Shown one piece after another: positions 28,388 through 38,316 of a stretch of 54,213 nucleotides of DNA; within the stretch, counting starts at the first letter, position 1; each line of letters begins with the position of its first letter. Source of the stretch: Thermoplasmata archaeon (GTDB lineage: Archaea > Thermoplasmatota > Thermoplasmata > Lutacidiplasmatales > UBA184); NCBI GenBank assembly GCA_030037955.1, contig JASHPT010000082.1, positions 1 through 54,213 of the forward strand, read 5' to 3'. Made by a program: the position numbers and the translations under genes. The notes beneath the pieces are model-generated. The model was not told where the DNA came from. It worked only from the letters and a program-made list of their open reading frames with translations, and did not search any database.

Positions 28388-28627
28388 ATGGCCACTGCTC
28401 CGTCGAAGCCGCCTCGGTCGCTTCCCACGATCCAGGAACTCGGCCTGTTCGCATTCGGATCCCTGATCGTCCTGGCCGTGGTGTTCTACCTCTCGTGGGG
28501 GCTCTTCTTCGGCGTCTGGATCGACAACGGCGTCTACGCCGTGGTGATCACGCTGCTCCTGTTCGGGATCGCCGGGCTCTGGCTGTTCTGGCCGGAACCT
28601 CCCTCCACGAACCCCCCGTCCGCCTAA
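28388..28627 (+). CDS. small hypothetical membrane protein (2 TM)
   Basis: 79 aa with two clear hydrophobic helices (LGLFAFGSLIVLAVVFYLSWGLFF; VYAVVITLLLFGIAGLWLFW). Confidence 0.5.
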   Translation: MATAPSKPPRSLPTIQELGLFAFGSLIVLAVVFYLSWGLFFGVWIDNGVYAVVITLLLFGIAGLWLFWPEPPSTNPPSA

Positions 28628-28643
28628 CGGGGCGGCGCGACCC

Positions 28644-30071
28644 TTAGAGCGGTCGGCCCGCGAGAACCCAGCGGGTCTCGTGCGTCTTCCCGCAGGCGAT
28701 GCACTCGGCGGGACTCCCCGGGTCGATAGGCAACGGACCCTCCGGGGTCCCGAGGACCGCTCCGTCGATGGCCTGCTCGATCCGATGCCCGCACTCCTCG
28801 GTGCCGCACCAGGAGACGATGCGGACGGTGGTGGAGTCCTTGAGCTCCTCCAGCCGGTACGCCACCGAGAACGACTTCTGGAAGGACTCCCGGCCTCGGG
28901 AGGCGAGGGCAGCGTCGTAGTCGACGAGCGCTTGGCGGACCAGCGTCTCCAGGTTCCCGGGCCCGAGCCGCTGCTTCTGCCCGAGGCGATTCACGGCCGT
29001 CACGGTGCCTTCGGCCGCCTCTCGGGGACCGATCTCCAGGCGGAGGGGAACGCCTCGCGACTCCCACAGGTAGTACTTCGCCCCGGGACGTTCGTCCGAG
29101 TCGTCGACATGGACCCGCAGGCCCCCGGCCCTCAACCGGTCGGCGAGAGACCGAGCCGCGTCCGTGGCGATCGGTCCGCTGTTCTGCGCAACGATCGGGA
29201 CCAGGACGACCTGGAACGGCGCGATCGAGGAGGGGAACACGACCCCGCGGCGGTCCCCATGGAACGCCACGGTGGCGCCGAGCAGCCGCTCGGACAGACC
29301 GAACGTGGTCTGGTGGACGTAGCGGAGTTCGCCGGAAAGGTCCTCGTACTTGATCTCGTACGGCCGCGAGAAGTTCTCCCGGTAATGGTGGATCGTGCCG
29401 ACCTGGAGGGTTCGGGCGCCACCGACCGGCAGGTCGAGGGCGATCGAGTAGTACGCCCCGGGGAACTTGTCCCATTCCGGTCGTCGGCTGGCGACGTAGG
29501 GGAGGGCGAGCGCGTCGGCGATCCCGTGGAAGGTGGCGAGGTTCGCCTGGCAGCGGGCCGCGGCCGCCTCGTCGGTCAACTGGCATGTATGCTCCTCGAA
29601 GAAGTGGATCTCGCGGATGCGGAAGAACGGACGGGTCGTCTTGGTCTCGTAGCGGAACGTGTTCACGATCTGGTAGACGTTGAGAGGCAGGTCCTTGTGG
29701 GAACGGACCCAGAGTGCGAAAATCGGGTACATCGCGGTCTCGCTCGTGGGCCGGAGCACGAGGGGGATGTCGAGCTCGCTCTCTCCGCCCCGAGTGACCC
29801 AGTAGACCTGTGCGTCGAAGCCCTTGACATGCTCCTTCTCCTTCTGGAACTCCGTCTGGGGGATGAGGGCGGGGAACTCGACCGGCCGCGAGCCGGTCGC
29901 CTCGATGCCCTGGATCAGGAGGCCGTCGAGGAGCCGACGGGCCTGGAACCCGTACGGGGTCCAGACGTTCATGCCCTTGACCGGGTAGCGCTTGTCCGTG
30001 AGACCGGCGACCTCGACCGCCTCGAGGTACCAGTCGATGAAGTGTTCGGCCTTGTCCGGCAGCTCCGCCAT
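28644..30071 (-). CDS. proS: proline--tRNA ligase, archaeal/eukaryotic type
   Basis: MAELPDKAEHFIDWYLEAVEVAGL...; class II motifs; C-terminal zinc-binding domain. The track start at 30098 is a GTG abutting a TATA-like CTTATA box, so the ATG at 30071 is preferred. Confidence 0.9.
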   Translation of the reverse strand: MAELPDKAEHFIDWYLEAVEVAGLTDKRYPVKGMNVWTPYGFQARRLLDGLLIQGIEATGSRPVEFPALIPQTEFQKEKEHVKGFDAQVYWVTRGGESELDIPLVLRPTSETAMYPIFALWVRSHKDLPLNVYQIVNTFRYETKTTRPFFRIREIHFFEEHTCQLTDEAAAARCQANLATFHGIADALALPYVASRRPEWDKFPGAYYSIALDLPVGGARTLQVGTIHHYRENFSRPYEIKYEDLSGELRYVHQTTFGLSERLLGATVAFHGDRRGVVFPSSIAPFQVVLVPIVAQNSGPIATDAARSLADRLRAGGLRVHVDDSDERPGAKYYLWESRGVPLRLEIGPREAAEGTVTAVNRLGQKQRLGPGNLETLVRQALVDYDAALASRGRESFQKSFSVAYRLEELKDSTTVRIVSWCGTEECGHRIEQAIDGAVLGTPEGPLPIDPGSPAECIACGKTHETRWVLAGRPL

Positions 30072-30169
30072 CGGGGTCTCGGGCCGGGAGAATCCCACCG
30101 TATAAGGGTCATCCGCGGGCCGTCGCTGGCCTGGGAAGTGGAGGTTGTCGCGGCCAATGAACCAGAGGG

Positions 30170-30177
30170 CTAATACA
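30170..30177 (+). promoter_or_regulatory. TATA-like box for the DUF373 gene
   Basis: CTAATACA is centred about 29 nt upstream of the ATG at 30203. Confidence 0.4.
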
Positions 30178-30202
30178 ACCCCACCGGCCTGTTCCGGGTG
30201 CC

Positions 30203-31288
30203 ATGCGGCTGGTCGTCTGTGTCGACCGGGATGACGACATCGGTCGTAAGACCGGTATCCACGGCCCGATCGTGGGCCGGGCCGCCGTGCTCGAGGCCGC
30301 CGCCCGACTGGGGACGGCGGACCCGGAGGACACTGACACCAACGCGCTGTTCGGCGGGCTTCGGCTCTACGATGAGCTCAAGGAGAACGAGGAAGAGGTT
30401 GAGGTCGTTGCGCTGACCGGCGATGCGAAGGTCGGGCTCACCTCGGACCGCGTCATCGCTGCCCAGCTCGACCAGGTGCTGAAGGACCACCCGGCGGAGG
30501 CGGCCTACTTCGTATCGGACGGCGCCGAGGACGAGTACCTCCTTCCGATTCTCACCTCGCGGCTCCGCATCGACAGCGTGCGCCGCGTGGTCGTGCGCCA
30601 GGCCCCCGGCCTCGAGTCCACGTACTACACACTCGTCCGTGCTCTCAAGGACCCGAAGCTCCGTGCGAAGACCGTCCTGCCGTTCGCCCTGGTGCTGATC
30701 GCGCTCGGCTTTGCCGCGGCGGCCGGGCAGGTCGTCTGGGGCTTCATCGGCCTCCTGCTGCTGATCGGGATCTACCTGATCTTCTGGACCTTCGACATCG
30801 ACGAGGCGATCATCGAGTCGATCACGTCGGCGTCCGCGGATATCCGTCAGGGCGCGATCGCTTTCGGCTTCGGGCTGTTCGCCATCGGCGTCACCGGGGC
30901 CGGGTTCCTGGTCGGCTACAATGCCTACCTTACGACCCCCTCGAACGACCTCGTGCGGGTCCTCGCCTTCTTCCTCGCCGGCACCATCTGGTGGCTCGTC
31001 GGAGGGGTGATCTGGGAGACCGGCCGCGCCATCCGGCGGTACGTCGCAAAGGGCCACATCCCGCGGTCGTATCCGATCGCGATGCTGTCGGTCGTGTCGC
31101 TGGCCTTCGTCGTCTACGGGATCATCTACCTGGTCGAGTACGTGGAGCACATCCAGCCGGGCTCGAACCTGCCGCTGATCCTCGCGTCCATCGTTGGGGG
31201 CCTGGCCACGCTCGTCCTCGCGGGCTTCCTGACGCAGTATCTCAAGGCCCGCACCGCCGCCGCGGCCGCGACGGCCGCGGACAGCTAG
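30203..31288 (+). CDS. DUF373-family archaeal membrane protein
   Basis: MRLVVCVDRDDDIGRKTGIHGPIVGR...ADPEDTDTNALF is a DUF373-type soluble N-domain, followed by about 6 TM helices. Confidence 0.7.
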   Translation: MRLVVCVDRDDDIGRKTGIHGPIVGRAAVLEAAARLGTADPEDTDTNALFGGLRLYDELKENEEEVEVVALTGDAKVGLTSDRVIAAQLDQVLKDHPAEAAYFVSDGAEDEYLLPILTSRLRIDSVRRVVVRQAPGLESTYYTLVRALKDPKLRAKTVLPFALVLIALGFAAAAGQVVWGFIGLLLLIGIYLIFWTFDIDEAIIESITSASADIRQGAIAFGFGLFAIGVTGAGFLVGYNAYLTTPSNDLVRVLAFFLAGTIWWLVGGVIWETGRAIRRYVAKGHIPRSYPIAMLSVVSLAFVVYGIIYLVEYVEHIQPGSNLPLILASIVGGLATLVLAGFLTQYLKARTAAAAATAADS

Positions 31289-31294
31289 GCCGGC

Positions 31295-31921
31295 CTACCG
31301 GGCCGCGGAGCCGGTCGCGCCTCTCAGGGCACGCTCGACGTCCGCGGGAGGGACCGTGAGCTTGCACCGGTCGCGCAGCACGCGGGCGACCCCGCCCGCG
31401 TCCTTCCCGTCGGGCAGGGCCTTCGTGGCCAGGGTCCGAAGGTCTTCCCAGTAGGTCCACGGAAAGACGACCCAGACCCACCGGTCCGCCGGCACCTCCT
31501 CGGCGAAGTACGTCGGGACGAACTTCGAGTGGGTGATGTGGAGGCAGGTCGCCGTTTCGAGCCGGGCGGGCCGGCCCTCGGAGCGAACGTGGTCGACCGC
31601 GAGGGCGAGGCTCTCCCCGGTGTCGGTGATGTCGTCGACGACGAGGACGGTCGCTCCCTCGAGCGACCCGGAGAGGCGCTCGGTCAGGGCGGCGTGTCCG
31701 TCCTTGGTGGCGGTCACGCCCCAGTGCGCCGTCTGGAGGGCCAGGAGGCGCTTCACCCCCAGGTGGTCCGCCACGAGGCGGGCCGGGACCCAGCCGCCGC
31801 GGGTCAGTCCGACGATCGCGTCCGGGACGTGGCCGGCCGCCTGGACCTTGCCGGCGAGGGTGAGGGCCCAGGCGTCGAGGTCGGACCAGCGGGCGAGCCG
31901 GCACGTCGGGAGGTCGGTCAC
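31295..31921 (-). CDS. phosphoribosyltransferase (purine PRTase-like)
   Basis: PRPP-binding motif VLVVDDITDTGES, plus AIVGLTRGGWVPARLVADHL. Confidence 0.8.
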   Translation of the reverse strand: MTDLPTCRLARWSDLDAWALTLAGKVQAAGHVPDAIVGLTRGGWVPARLVADHLGVKRLLALQTAHWGVTATKDGHAALTERLSGSLEGATVLVVDDITDTGESLALAVDHVRSEGRPARLETATCLHITHSKFVPTYFAEEVPADRWVWVVFPWTYWEDLRTLATKALPDGKDAGGVARVLRDRCKLTVPPADVERALRGATGSAAR

Positions 31922-31945
31922 GGCACGCCCGAGGGGCGGGTCCCG

Positions 31946-33208
31946 CTACGGGAAGAACCCGCGGATCCTGAGCGCGTCGACGACCCGCTGGATCGCCACG
32001 ACGTAGGCGGCGGTCCGGTTGTGGACCTTCCGTTCCTCGGCGACCGCGTGGACCCGGGCATACGACTCCGTCATCACCCGGTTGAGCCGGTCGTTGACCT
32101 CGGCGAGGGTCCAGGAGTAGCCCTGGATGTTCTGGGCCCACTCGAAGTAGCTTACCGTGACGCCGCCGGCGTTGGCCAGAATGTCCGGCAGTACGGTGAT
32201 CTTCTTCTCGAAGAACACCTTGTCGGCTTCCGGCACCGTCGGGCCGTTCGCGGCCTCGGCGACGATCTTCGCCTGCACCTTGCCGGCGTTCTTGGCCGTG
32301 AGCTGGTTCTCGAGGGCCGCCGGGATCAGGACATCCGTCTTGATCTCGAGGAGCTCCTCGTTCGAGATCGCCTTGGAGCCCGGGAACCCGACCACGGAGC
32401 CGGTCTTGTGCTTGTGCTCCTCGACCGCCTTGAGGTTGAGTCCGCCCGAGCTGGTGATGCCGCCCTTGGAGTCGCTGACGGCGATCACGTTCGCGCCGAA
32501 CTCGTCATGGAGAATGTTCGCGGCGACGCTGCCCGCGTTTCCGAAGCCCTGGACCGCGACGTTCGCGCCCTTGAGCTTCACGCCGGCCTGCGGCGCGGCC
32601 TCGCGGATCACGTAGGCGCAGCCGCGGCCCGTGGCCTCGCCCCGGCCCTCGCTGCCTCCGATCGCGATCGGCTTCCCGGTCACGACGCCCGGGACGGAGT
32701 ATCCCTTCTCCTGGGAGTACGTGTCCATGATCCAGGCCATCGTCTGCGAGTCGGTGTAGACATCCGGCGCCGGGATATCCATCTCGGGGCCGATGATCGG
32801 AACCAGCTCGGTCGCGAACCGGCGCGTCAAGCGCTCGAGCTCGCCCGTGCTCATGTGCTTGGGGTCGCAGATGATGCCGCCCTTCGCCCCGCCGTACGGG
32901 AGGTTGACGACGGCGCACTTCCAGGTCATCCAGGCCGCCAGGGCCCGGACCTCGTCCAGCGACACCTGGGGATGGTACCGGATGCCGCCCTTGCTCGGGC
33001 CCCGGGCCATGCTGTACTGGACCCGGTAGCCGGTGAAGACCCGGTAACTTCCGTCGTCCATCCGGACCGGGAAGTTGACGGTGAGCTCCCGCTTGGGGTG
33101 CTTCAGGACCTCGCGGGTTCCGTCATTGATGCTGAGAAGGTCCGCGACGATGTCGATCTGGCGTTTGGCCGTCTCGAACGGGTTGATCGCCGGCGCGCTT
33201 TGGGGCAT
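31946..33208 (-). CDS. gdhA: Glu/Leu/Phe/Val-family glutamate dehydrogenase
   Basis: In-frame ATG (MPQSAPAINPFETAKRQ). GPSKGGIRYHP, LPYGGAKGGI, VQGFGNAGS. Confidence 0.9.
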   Translation of the reverse strand: MPQSAPAINPFETAKRQIDIVADLLSINDGTREVLKHPKRELTVNFPVRMDDGSYRVFTGYRVQYSMARGPSKGGIRYHPQVSLDEVRALAAWMTWKCAVVNLPYGGAKGGIICDPKHMSTGELERLTRRFATELVPIIGPEMDIPAPDVYTDSQTMAWIMDTYSQEKGYSVPGVVTGKPIAIGGSEGRGEATGRGCAYVIREAAPQAGVKLKGANVAVQGFGNAGSVAANILHDEFGANVIAVSDSKGGITSSGGLNLKAVEEHKHKTGSVVGFPGSKAISNEELLEIKTDVLIPAALENQLTAKNAGKVQAKIVAEAANGPTVPEADKVFFEKKITVLPDILANAGGVTVSYFEWAQNIQGYSWTLAEVNDRLNRVMTESYARVHAVAEERKVHNRTAAYVVAIQRVVDALRIRGFFP

Positions 33209-33301
33209 TGAGATGCACCTGTGAGGCGAACGAGGGTTGGGCCGTATTTGAGCCCACCTCGGTCTGTGTGACACCGGCACACGCCAAACGGTCCACCGAG
33301 C

Positions 33302-34066
33302 TCACGGCTCGCGCCACCGGGCGAAGCGCATCGACACGATCGTGAAGAGGCCCGTCAGGACGACCAGCCCCACGACCTGGAAGCCCACCGAGGAGAGGAA
33401 CGGCGCGGACGCGACGATCGGCACCGAGAGTCCGGCGGCCCGGACCGCGAGCTGACTCGCGAATGTCGAAGGGGCCAGGAAGGCCACCCAGCGGAACGAC
33501 TCGGGGATCTCCGCGATCGGGTAGAAGACCGGGGGAATCACCGACAGCGACGTGAAGACGACCATTCCGATCGGCCAGATCTCGCGCAGCTGCCGGAAGA
33601 AGGTGGAGAGCAGGAATCCGAGGCTGGTCGACATGAGCCAGGTGAGCAGCACGACGCCGACCAGCGCCAGCATCGTCAGGACGCCGATCGGCACCACGAG
33701 GGGGAGGATGGCGAAGAACAGGACGAGGCCCGGGACCGTGAAGACGAGCTCGCTGAGGGCCATCCCCAGGATCCATGACATCGGTCGCAGCGGGCTCGTG
33801 ATGAAGATCTGCTGGACCTGCCGCTCGAGTCGCAGGTAAGCGCAGTCGTTCATCATCGCGTTCCCCGTGAACAGGGCGGAGAACATGATCCCCCCGACCA
33901 CTCCGAAGGGCAGCACCGAGCGGGGCGCGATCACGTACAGGAAGAACACGAAGCTCAGCGGCGTGAGGAACAGGGCGATGAAGGCGATCGGCGACCGACG
34001 CAGTCCCAGCCAGCCGTTGAAGTAGCAGATGCGGAAGATCGCGATCGCCTGGGTCTTCCACGTCAT
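33302..34066 (-). CDS. ABC-2 type transporter permease
   Basis: 254 aa with about 6 TM segments. ATGA overlap with the upstream ATPase gene. Confidence 0.8.
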   Translation of the reverse strand: MTWKTQAIAIFRICYFNGWLGLRRSPIAFIALFLTPLSFVFFLYVIAPRSVLPFGVVGGIMFSALFTGNAMMNDCAYLRLERQVQQIFITSPLRPMSWILGMALSELVFTVPGLVLFFAILPLVVPIGVLTMLALVGVVLLTWLMSTSLGFLLSTFFRQLREIWPIGMVVFTSLSVIPPVFYPIAEIPESFRWVAFLAPSTFASQLAVRAAGLSVPIVASAPFLSSVGFQVVGLVVLTGLFTIVSMRFARWREP

Positions 34067-34995
34067 GCCGGCGTCTCCGCGTCCTCGTCCTCGATGGCGC
34101 GGCCGACGAGCGTCAGGAACGCCTCCTCCAGGGTGACCGGCCCGACGTTGACCGGTACCCGGCGTTCGAGGGCGCGCTGGGTGAGCTCCTCCACCGCGCT
34201 CCGGGTGGTCAGCAGCGTGAGCCCGGCCCGGTCCGGGTACACGTCCCCGTAGCGGGCCAGCTCCTGGGCCGTGAACCCCCCCGAGAACTGGAGGCGGACC
34301 TCGCGTCGGACCTTGGACTTGAGCGCCTCCGCCACACCCTGGTACAGCACGTGGCCGCCCTCAATGACGGCGAGCTCCTCGGAGAGTTGTTCCGCCTCGT
34401 CCAGGTAGTGCGTGGTGAGCAGGACCGTCGATCCTTTCCGAGCGGCTCGGCGCACCACCTCCCAGACCTGGCGACGTGCGAACGGGTCCATCCCGAGCGT
34501 GGGCTCGTCCAGGAAGAGGAAGGGCGCCTCGGTGGCGAGGATCATGGCCACCAGCGTGCGCTGTTGCAGTCCGCCCGAGAGGACCATGGCCGGCACGGAC
34601 TGGTAGGTCTCGAGGCCCATCGCCGCCAGGACCTCGTCGGCCCGACTCTTGGCCGTCTCCGCCGAGAGGCCCCGGACTCTCAGGTACTCCTCGACGTGCT
34701 CCCGCGGCGTGAGCTGGTAGAACGGCTTCGCCTCTTGGGGGATGAGCGCGATCTGCTCCCGGATCTCCCGGGGCCGGTCGACCACATCGATCCCGAACAG
34801 CTGGATGCTGCCGCTGGTGGGTCGCAGCAGTGCGGTGGCGATCTTGATGAAGGTCGTCTTGCCGGCGCCGTTCCGGCCGAGAAAGCCGAAGAGCCGGCCC
34901 TTGGCGATCGTCATGTCGACGTTGTCGAGCGCCCGGACCGGTCCTCGCTGGCTCCGGTACGTCTTCGACACCGCCCGTGCGATGAGCCCCTCCAT
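34063..34995 (-). CDS. ABC transporter ATP-binding protein
   Basis: Walker A GRNGAGKTT, signature LSGGLQQRTLVA, Walker B LFLDEPTLGMD. Confidence 0.9.
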   Translation of the reverse strand: MEGLIARAVSKTYRSQRGPVRALDNVDMTIAKGRLFGFLGRNGAGKTTFIKIATALLRPTSGSIQLFGIDVVDRPREIREQIALIPQEAKPFYQLTPREHVEEYLRVRGLSAETAKSRADEVLAAMGLETYQSVPAMVLSGGLQQRTLVAMILATEAPFLFLDEPTLGMDPFARRQVWEVVRRAARKGSTVLLTTHYLDEAEQLSEELAVIEGGHVLYQGVAEALKSKVRREVRLQFSGGFTAQELARYGDVYPDRAGLTLLTTRSAVEELTQRALERRVPVNVGPVTLEEAFLTLVGRAIEDEDAETPA

Positions 34996-35040
34996 CGAGG
35001 GCGGTCGAGCGGGGGCTGCGGGATAACCTCGTCGGAATCT

Positions 35041-35994
35041 CTACCGTGCTTCGAAGTGTCGCCACCCGAAGCGAGGCATCGGTGCCGGGGGCCCACGGCG
35101 CTGGAGCCAGACGCCGCGCCCGCGCTCGACCCGTCCTACCACGCTCAGCCGGCAGTGAAGTCGGTGTAGCGCCCGGACGAGCCCGGGGACCGCGGCCGGA
35201 TCCACTGTGGCGAGCAGTTCGTAGTCTCCTCCATAGAAGGCAGCCTCGAGCTGCCGGGCACTCGGGGCGCCGGCCCGACGGAGCCGCGGGTGGAGAGGAA
35301 GCTGGTCGGCCCGGAGGACGAGTCGGTGCCCGCTCGCCGCCGCCAGCAGACGGGCTCCCTCCGCGATCCCGTCCGAGGTATCGGTCATGGCATGAGCCGC
35401 CGGGCCGAGCACCCAGCCCTCCCGGATCCGGGGCTGGACCCGGAGCAACCGGGAAATGTTCGAGCGAAATGCCCCGCCGTGGCCCACCCATCCGGTGGTG
35501 ACGACCACGTCCCCGGGGCGGGCGCCGCCGCGGGTGGGGATGTCGGCCGATGCCGCCCATCCGAGGACGGTCCCGATGACCGCACGGGTCCGGCTCGGTT
35601 TTGTATCTCCGCCGACGACGTGGCACCCGTATCGTGCGGCCACCGACTCTGCGCCCCGCACTACGGAGCGGGCCCACGCGGCCGGAGTACCTACCGGTAC
35701 CAGCAGGTCGATGAGGAGCGCGGCGGGCACGCCTCCCTTGGCGGCAATGTCGCTCAGGTTGACCGCGGCGGCGGCTTCGCCGATGCGTCGGCCCGGGGTC
35801 GACCGCACGAAGTGAACGCCGTCGACCAGAGCGTCCGACGACAGGAGCACGACGCGGTGCGGTCCGACCGGGAGCGCCGCGGCATCATCGCCGAGCGGGA
35901 GGAGGCCTCGCTGGCCGGCCGGCAGGTGAGTGCGCAGCCACCGGTGGAAGTCCCGCTCCCGCAGCGACCGGCGACCTCCCTGCCGGATCGGCAT
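35041..35994 (-). CDS. thiL: thiamine-monophosphate kinase (AIR-synthase-related fold)
   Basis: LPLGDDAAAL, SSDALVDGVHF, NLSDIAAKGG and GGDTK motifs. Confidence 0.8.
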   Translation of the reverse strand: MPIRQGGRRSLRERDFHRWLRTHLPAGQRGLLPLGDDAAALPVGPHRVVLLSSDALVDGVHFVRSTPGRRIGEAAAAVNLSDIAAKGGVPAALLIDLLVPVGTPAAWARSVVRGAESVAARYGCHVVGGDTKPSRTRAVIGTVLGWAASADIPTRGGARPGDVVVTTGWVGHGGAFRSNISRLLRVQPRIREGWVLGPAAHAMTDTSDGIAEGARLLAAASGHRLVLRADQLPLHPRLRRAGAPSARQLEAAFYGGDYELLATVDPAAVPGLVRALHRLHCRLSVVGRVERGRGVWLQRRGPPAPMPRFGWRHFEAR

Positions 35995-35998
35995 GCGT

Positions 35999-37210
35999 TT
36001 ACTTGTACGGCACGAACTCCTTCCCGAGGAGCTCGCGACCGAGGATGATCCGCATGATGTTCAAGCCGCCCTCGGCGCCGACCATGTACGACATGATCCC
36101 ACGAAAGCCGAGCTCCAGCCCGACGTCCTTGGTGTACCCGGCCGCTCCGAACCACATCATCACCCGACGCACCGTGTCGAACGCGACCTGGGGGGCGGTG
36201 AGTTTCACACTCGCCACGACCTTGTCGATCTCGGACCGGTGGGTCGCATCGCCCCGCATCACGTAGCGGTCCAGGAGCCAGGCCGCCCGGCGGCACTGCC
36301 ACTTGACCGCCTCGATCTGCGTGTAGAGGTCCGCCATCTCGAACTGGATGCCCTCGAACTTCCCCAACGGCTGTCCGAAGGCCGGCCGCTCCTTGATCCA
36401 GGCGATGCCGGTCTCGAGTGCCCGTTCGGCGGCGCCGACACAGGCCGCCGAAACGAACGTCCGCGCGACCTGGAAGCCCTCCATGGCATACTGGAATCCC
36501 CGTCCCTCGTCCCCGACCCGGTACTTGCCGGGAAGTCGTACGTCGGAGTACGTGAGAGCGCCGGTCGAGATCCCCATGCGTCCCATGTTCTCGAACTTCT
36601 GGGAGGAGATGCCGGGCGTGTTCGTCGGGACGTAGAGGAAGTTGAAACCGGAGCCGTTGCGGTTGTGGCTTAGCGTCAGGTGGCCGCCGCCCAGCCGTTT
36701 GGCCTCCTCGACGCCCGAGAGGAACGCCTTCTCGCCCTTCAGCCGATAGCCGTCGCCGTCGCGTCGGGACTCGGTCTTCATGTTCCCGAGGTCGCTTCCA
36801 CCCCCGGGCTCGGTCGTGGCGATCCCCAGGAATGCCTTGCCGGCGGTGACCGGTGGGAGCACCTCGCGCTTGGCCTCTTCCGTTCCGTGCTGGGAGAGCG
36901 TCCAGCCCCAGCCGGCTTCCAGCAGGTAGAACACGGCCGTGGCCATCGAGAAGTCACCGCGACCGATCTCCTCGGCGGCCAGCTCCGTGAGAACCGCCGA
37001 GGCGCCGAGGCCCCCGTACTCCGTCGGTACCAGCGGAGACAGCAGGCCGAGCCGAGCCATCTCCTGCAGCACGCTGTCCGGGATCCGACCCTCGGAGTCG
37101 ATCTGTCGCTCGTGGGGGCGAAGAACCTTGTCGCCGAACTTGCGGACCGCCGACTGAAAGGCAGTCTCCTCTTCCGACAGTTCGAACTCCATGTGCGATC
37201 GTCGTGTCAC
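35999..37210 (-). CDS. acyl-CoA dehydrogenase
   Basis: 403 aa with TEPGGGSDLGNMKT and a C-terminal helical domain ending GGLNIMRIILGRELL. Confidence 0.9.
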   Translation of the reverse strand: MTRRSHMEFELSEEETAFQSAVRKFGDKVLRPHERQIDSEGRIPDSVLQEMARLGLLSPLVPTEYGGLGASAVLTELAAEEIGRGDFSMATAVFYLLEAGWGWTLSQHGTEEAKREVLPPVTAGKAFLGIATTEPGGGSDLGNMKTESRRDGDGYRLKGEKAFLSGVEEAKRLGGGHLTLSHNRNGSGFNFLYVPTNTPGISSQKFENMGRMGISTGALTYSDVRLPGKYRVGDEGRGFQYAMEGFQVARTFVSAACVGAAERALETGIAWIKERPAFGQPLGKFEGIQFEMADLYTQIEAVKWQCRRAAWLLDRYVMRGDATHRSEIDKVVASVKLTAPQVAFDTVRRVMMWFGAAGYTKDVGLELGFRGIMSYMVGAEGGLNIMRIILGRELLGKEFVPYK

Positions 37211-37296
37211 GGCGGTGCGGCGATAAAGCGTTCCCGTGGGGCCGTCCGGCTCCCCTAATCTTTTGAGCGCGGTCCGGTTTGCTTGTCCGTCTTCTC

Positions 37297-38316
37297 ATGC
37301 CGGTTCGGGTCGCGGTGAACGGGTTCGGGACCATCGGGAAGCGCGTCGCGGACGCCGTCTCGAAACAGCCCGACATGCAGCTCGTGGGCGTCGCCAAGAC
37401 CCGGCCCTCGTTCGAAGCCCAGCTCGCGGTCGAGCGGGGCTATCCCCTCTACGTGGGCGGGGAGGGACGCGTGGAGGACTTCCGGGCCGCCGGACTTGCG
37501 GTGGCCGGCACGACGGACGAGATGTTCCAGAAGGCCGACGTCGTCGTCGATGCGACGCCGGACAAGGTCGGGCGCCAGCACCTCGGTAAGTACGACGCCG
37601 CGAAGCTTCGAGCCATCTTCCAGGGAGGAGAGGCGCCGGATGTCGCCGAGGTCTCCTTCAACGCGCTCGCCAACTACGACGCGGCGGTAGGAAAGCGCCG
37701 GGTCCGGGTGGTCTCCTGCAACACGACCGGGATCGTCCGGGCGGTGTCGGTCCTGCGCCGACAGTACGGGGTCGACCGCTGGGATGCGACCCTCATCCGG
37801 CGAGCCGCCGACCCCACCGAGGTCCACAAGGGCCCGGTGAACGCGATCCTGCCGACGTTTCGGTTCCCGTCCCACCATGCCCCGGACGCTCAGACGATCT
37901 TTCCGGACCTTCCGATCAGCACGACCGCCGTAGTCGTGCCGACGACCCTCATGCACCTCCACGTGAACCACGTGAAGCTGCACCGGCCCCCCGCGAGCGT
38001 GGCCGAGGTGGTCGCCGCCTTCCGGGAGTCCCCGCGGTTCCAGGTGTTCCGCTCCACCGACCACGTCGAGGGGACGCCTCAGGTGCTGGAGTTTGCCCGC
38101 GATCACGGAGCGGCGCGGGGCGACATGATGAAGAACGTCCTGTGGGAGGACGGGGTCCATCTCAGCGGGACGGAACTGTTCTTCTTCCAGGCGATCCACC
38201 AGGAATCGATCGTGGTCCCCGAGAACATCGACGCGATCCGCGCGATGACCGGCCTCGCGCCGAACGCGAATGCCTCGATCGCCGTGACCGACCTGGCGCT
38301 GGGGCTGCGGCCCTAG
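37297..38316 (+). CDS. gap: type II (archaeal) glyceraldehyde-3-phosphate dehydrogenase
   Basis: MPVRVAVNGFGTIGKRVADAV, with the catalytic VVSCNTTG. Confidence 0.9.
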   Translation: MPVRVAVNGFGTIGKRVADAVSKQPDMQLVGVAKTRPSFEAQLAVERGYPLYVGGEGRVEDFRAAGLAVAGTTDEMFQKADVVVDATPDKVGRQHLGKYDAAKLRAIFQGGEAPDVAEVSFNALANYDAAVGKRRVRVVSCNTTGIVRAVSVLRRQYGVDRWDATLIRRAADPTEVHKGPVNAILPTFRFPSHHAPDAQTIFPDLPISTTAVVVPTTLMHLHVNHVKLHRPPASVAEVVAAFRESPRFQVFRSTDHVEGTPQVLEFARDHGAARGDMMKNVLWEDGVHLSGTELFFFQAIHQESIVVPENIDAIRAMTGLAPNANASIAVTDLALGLRP

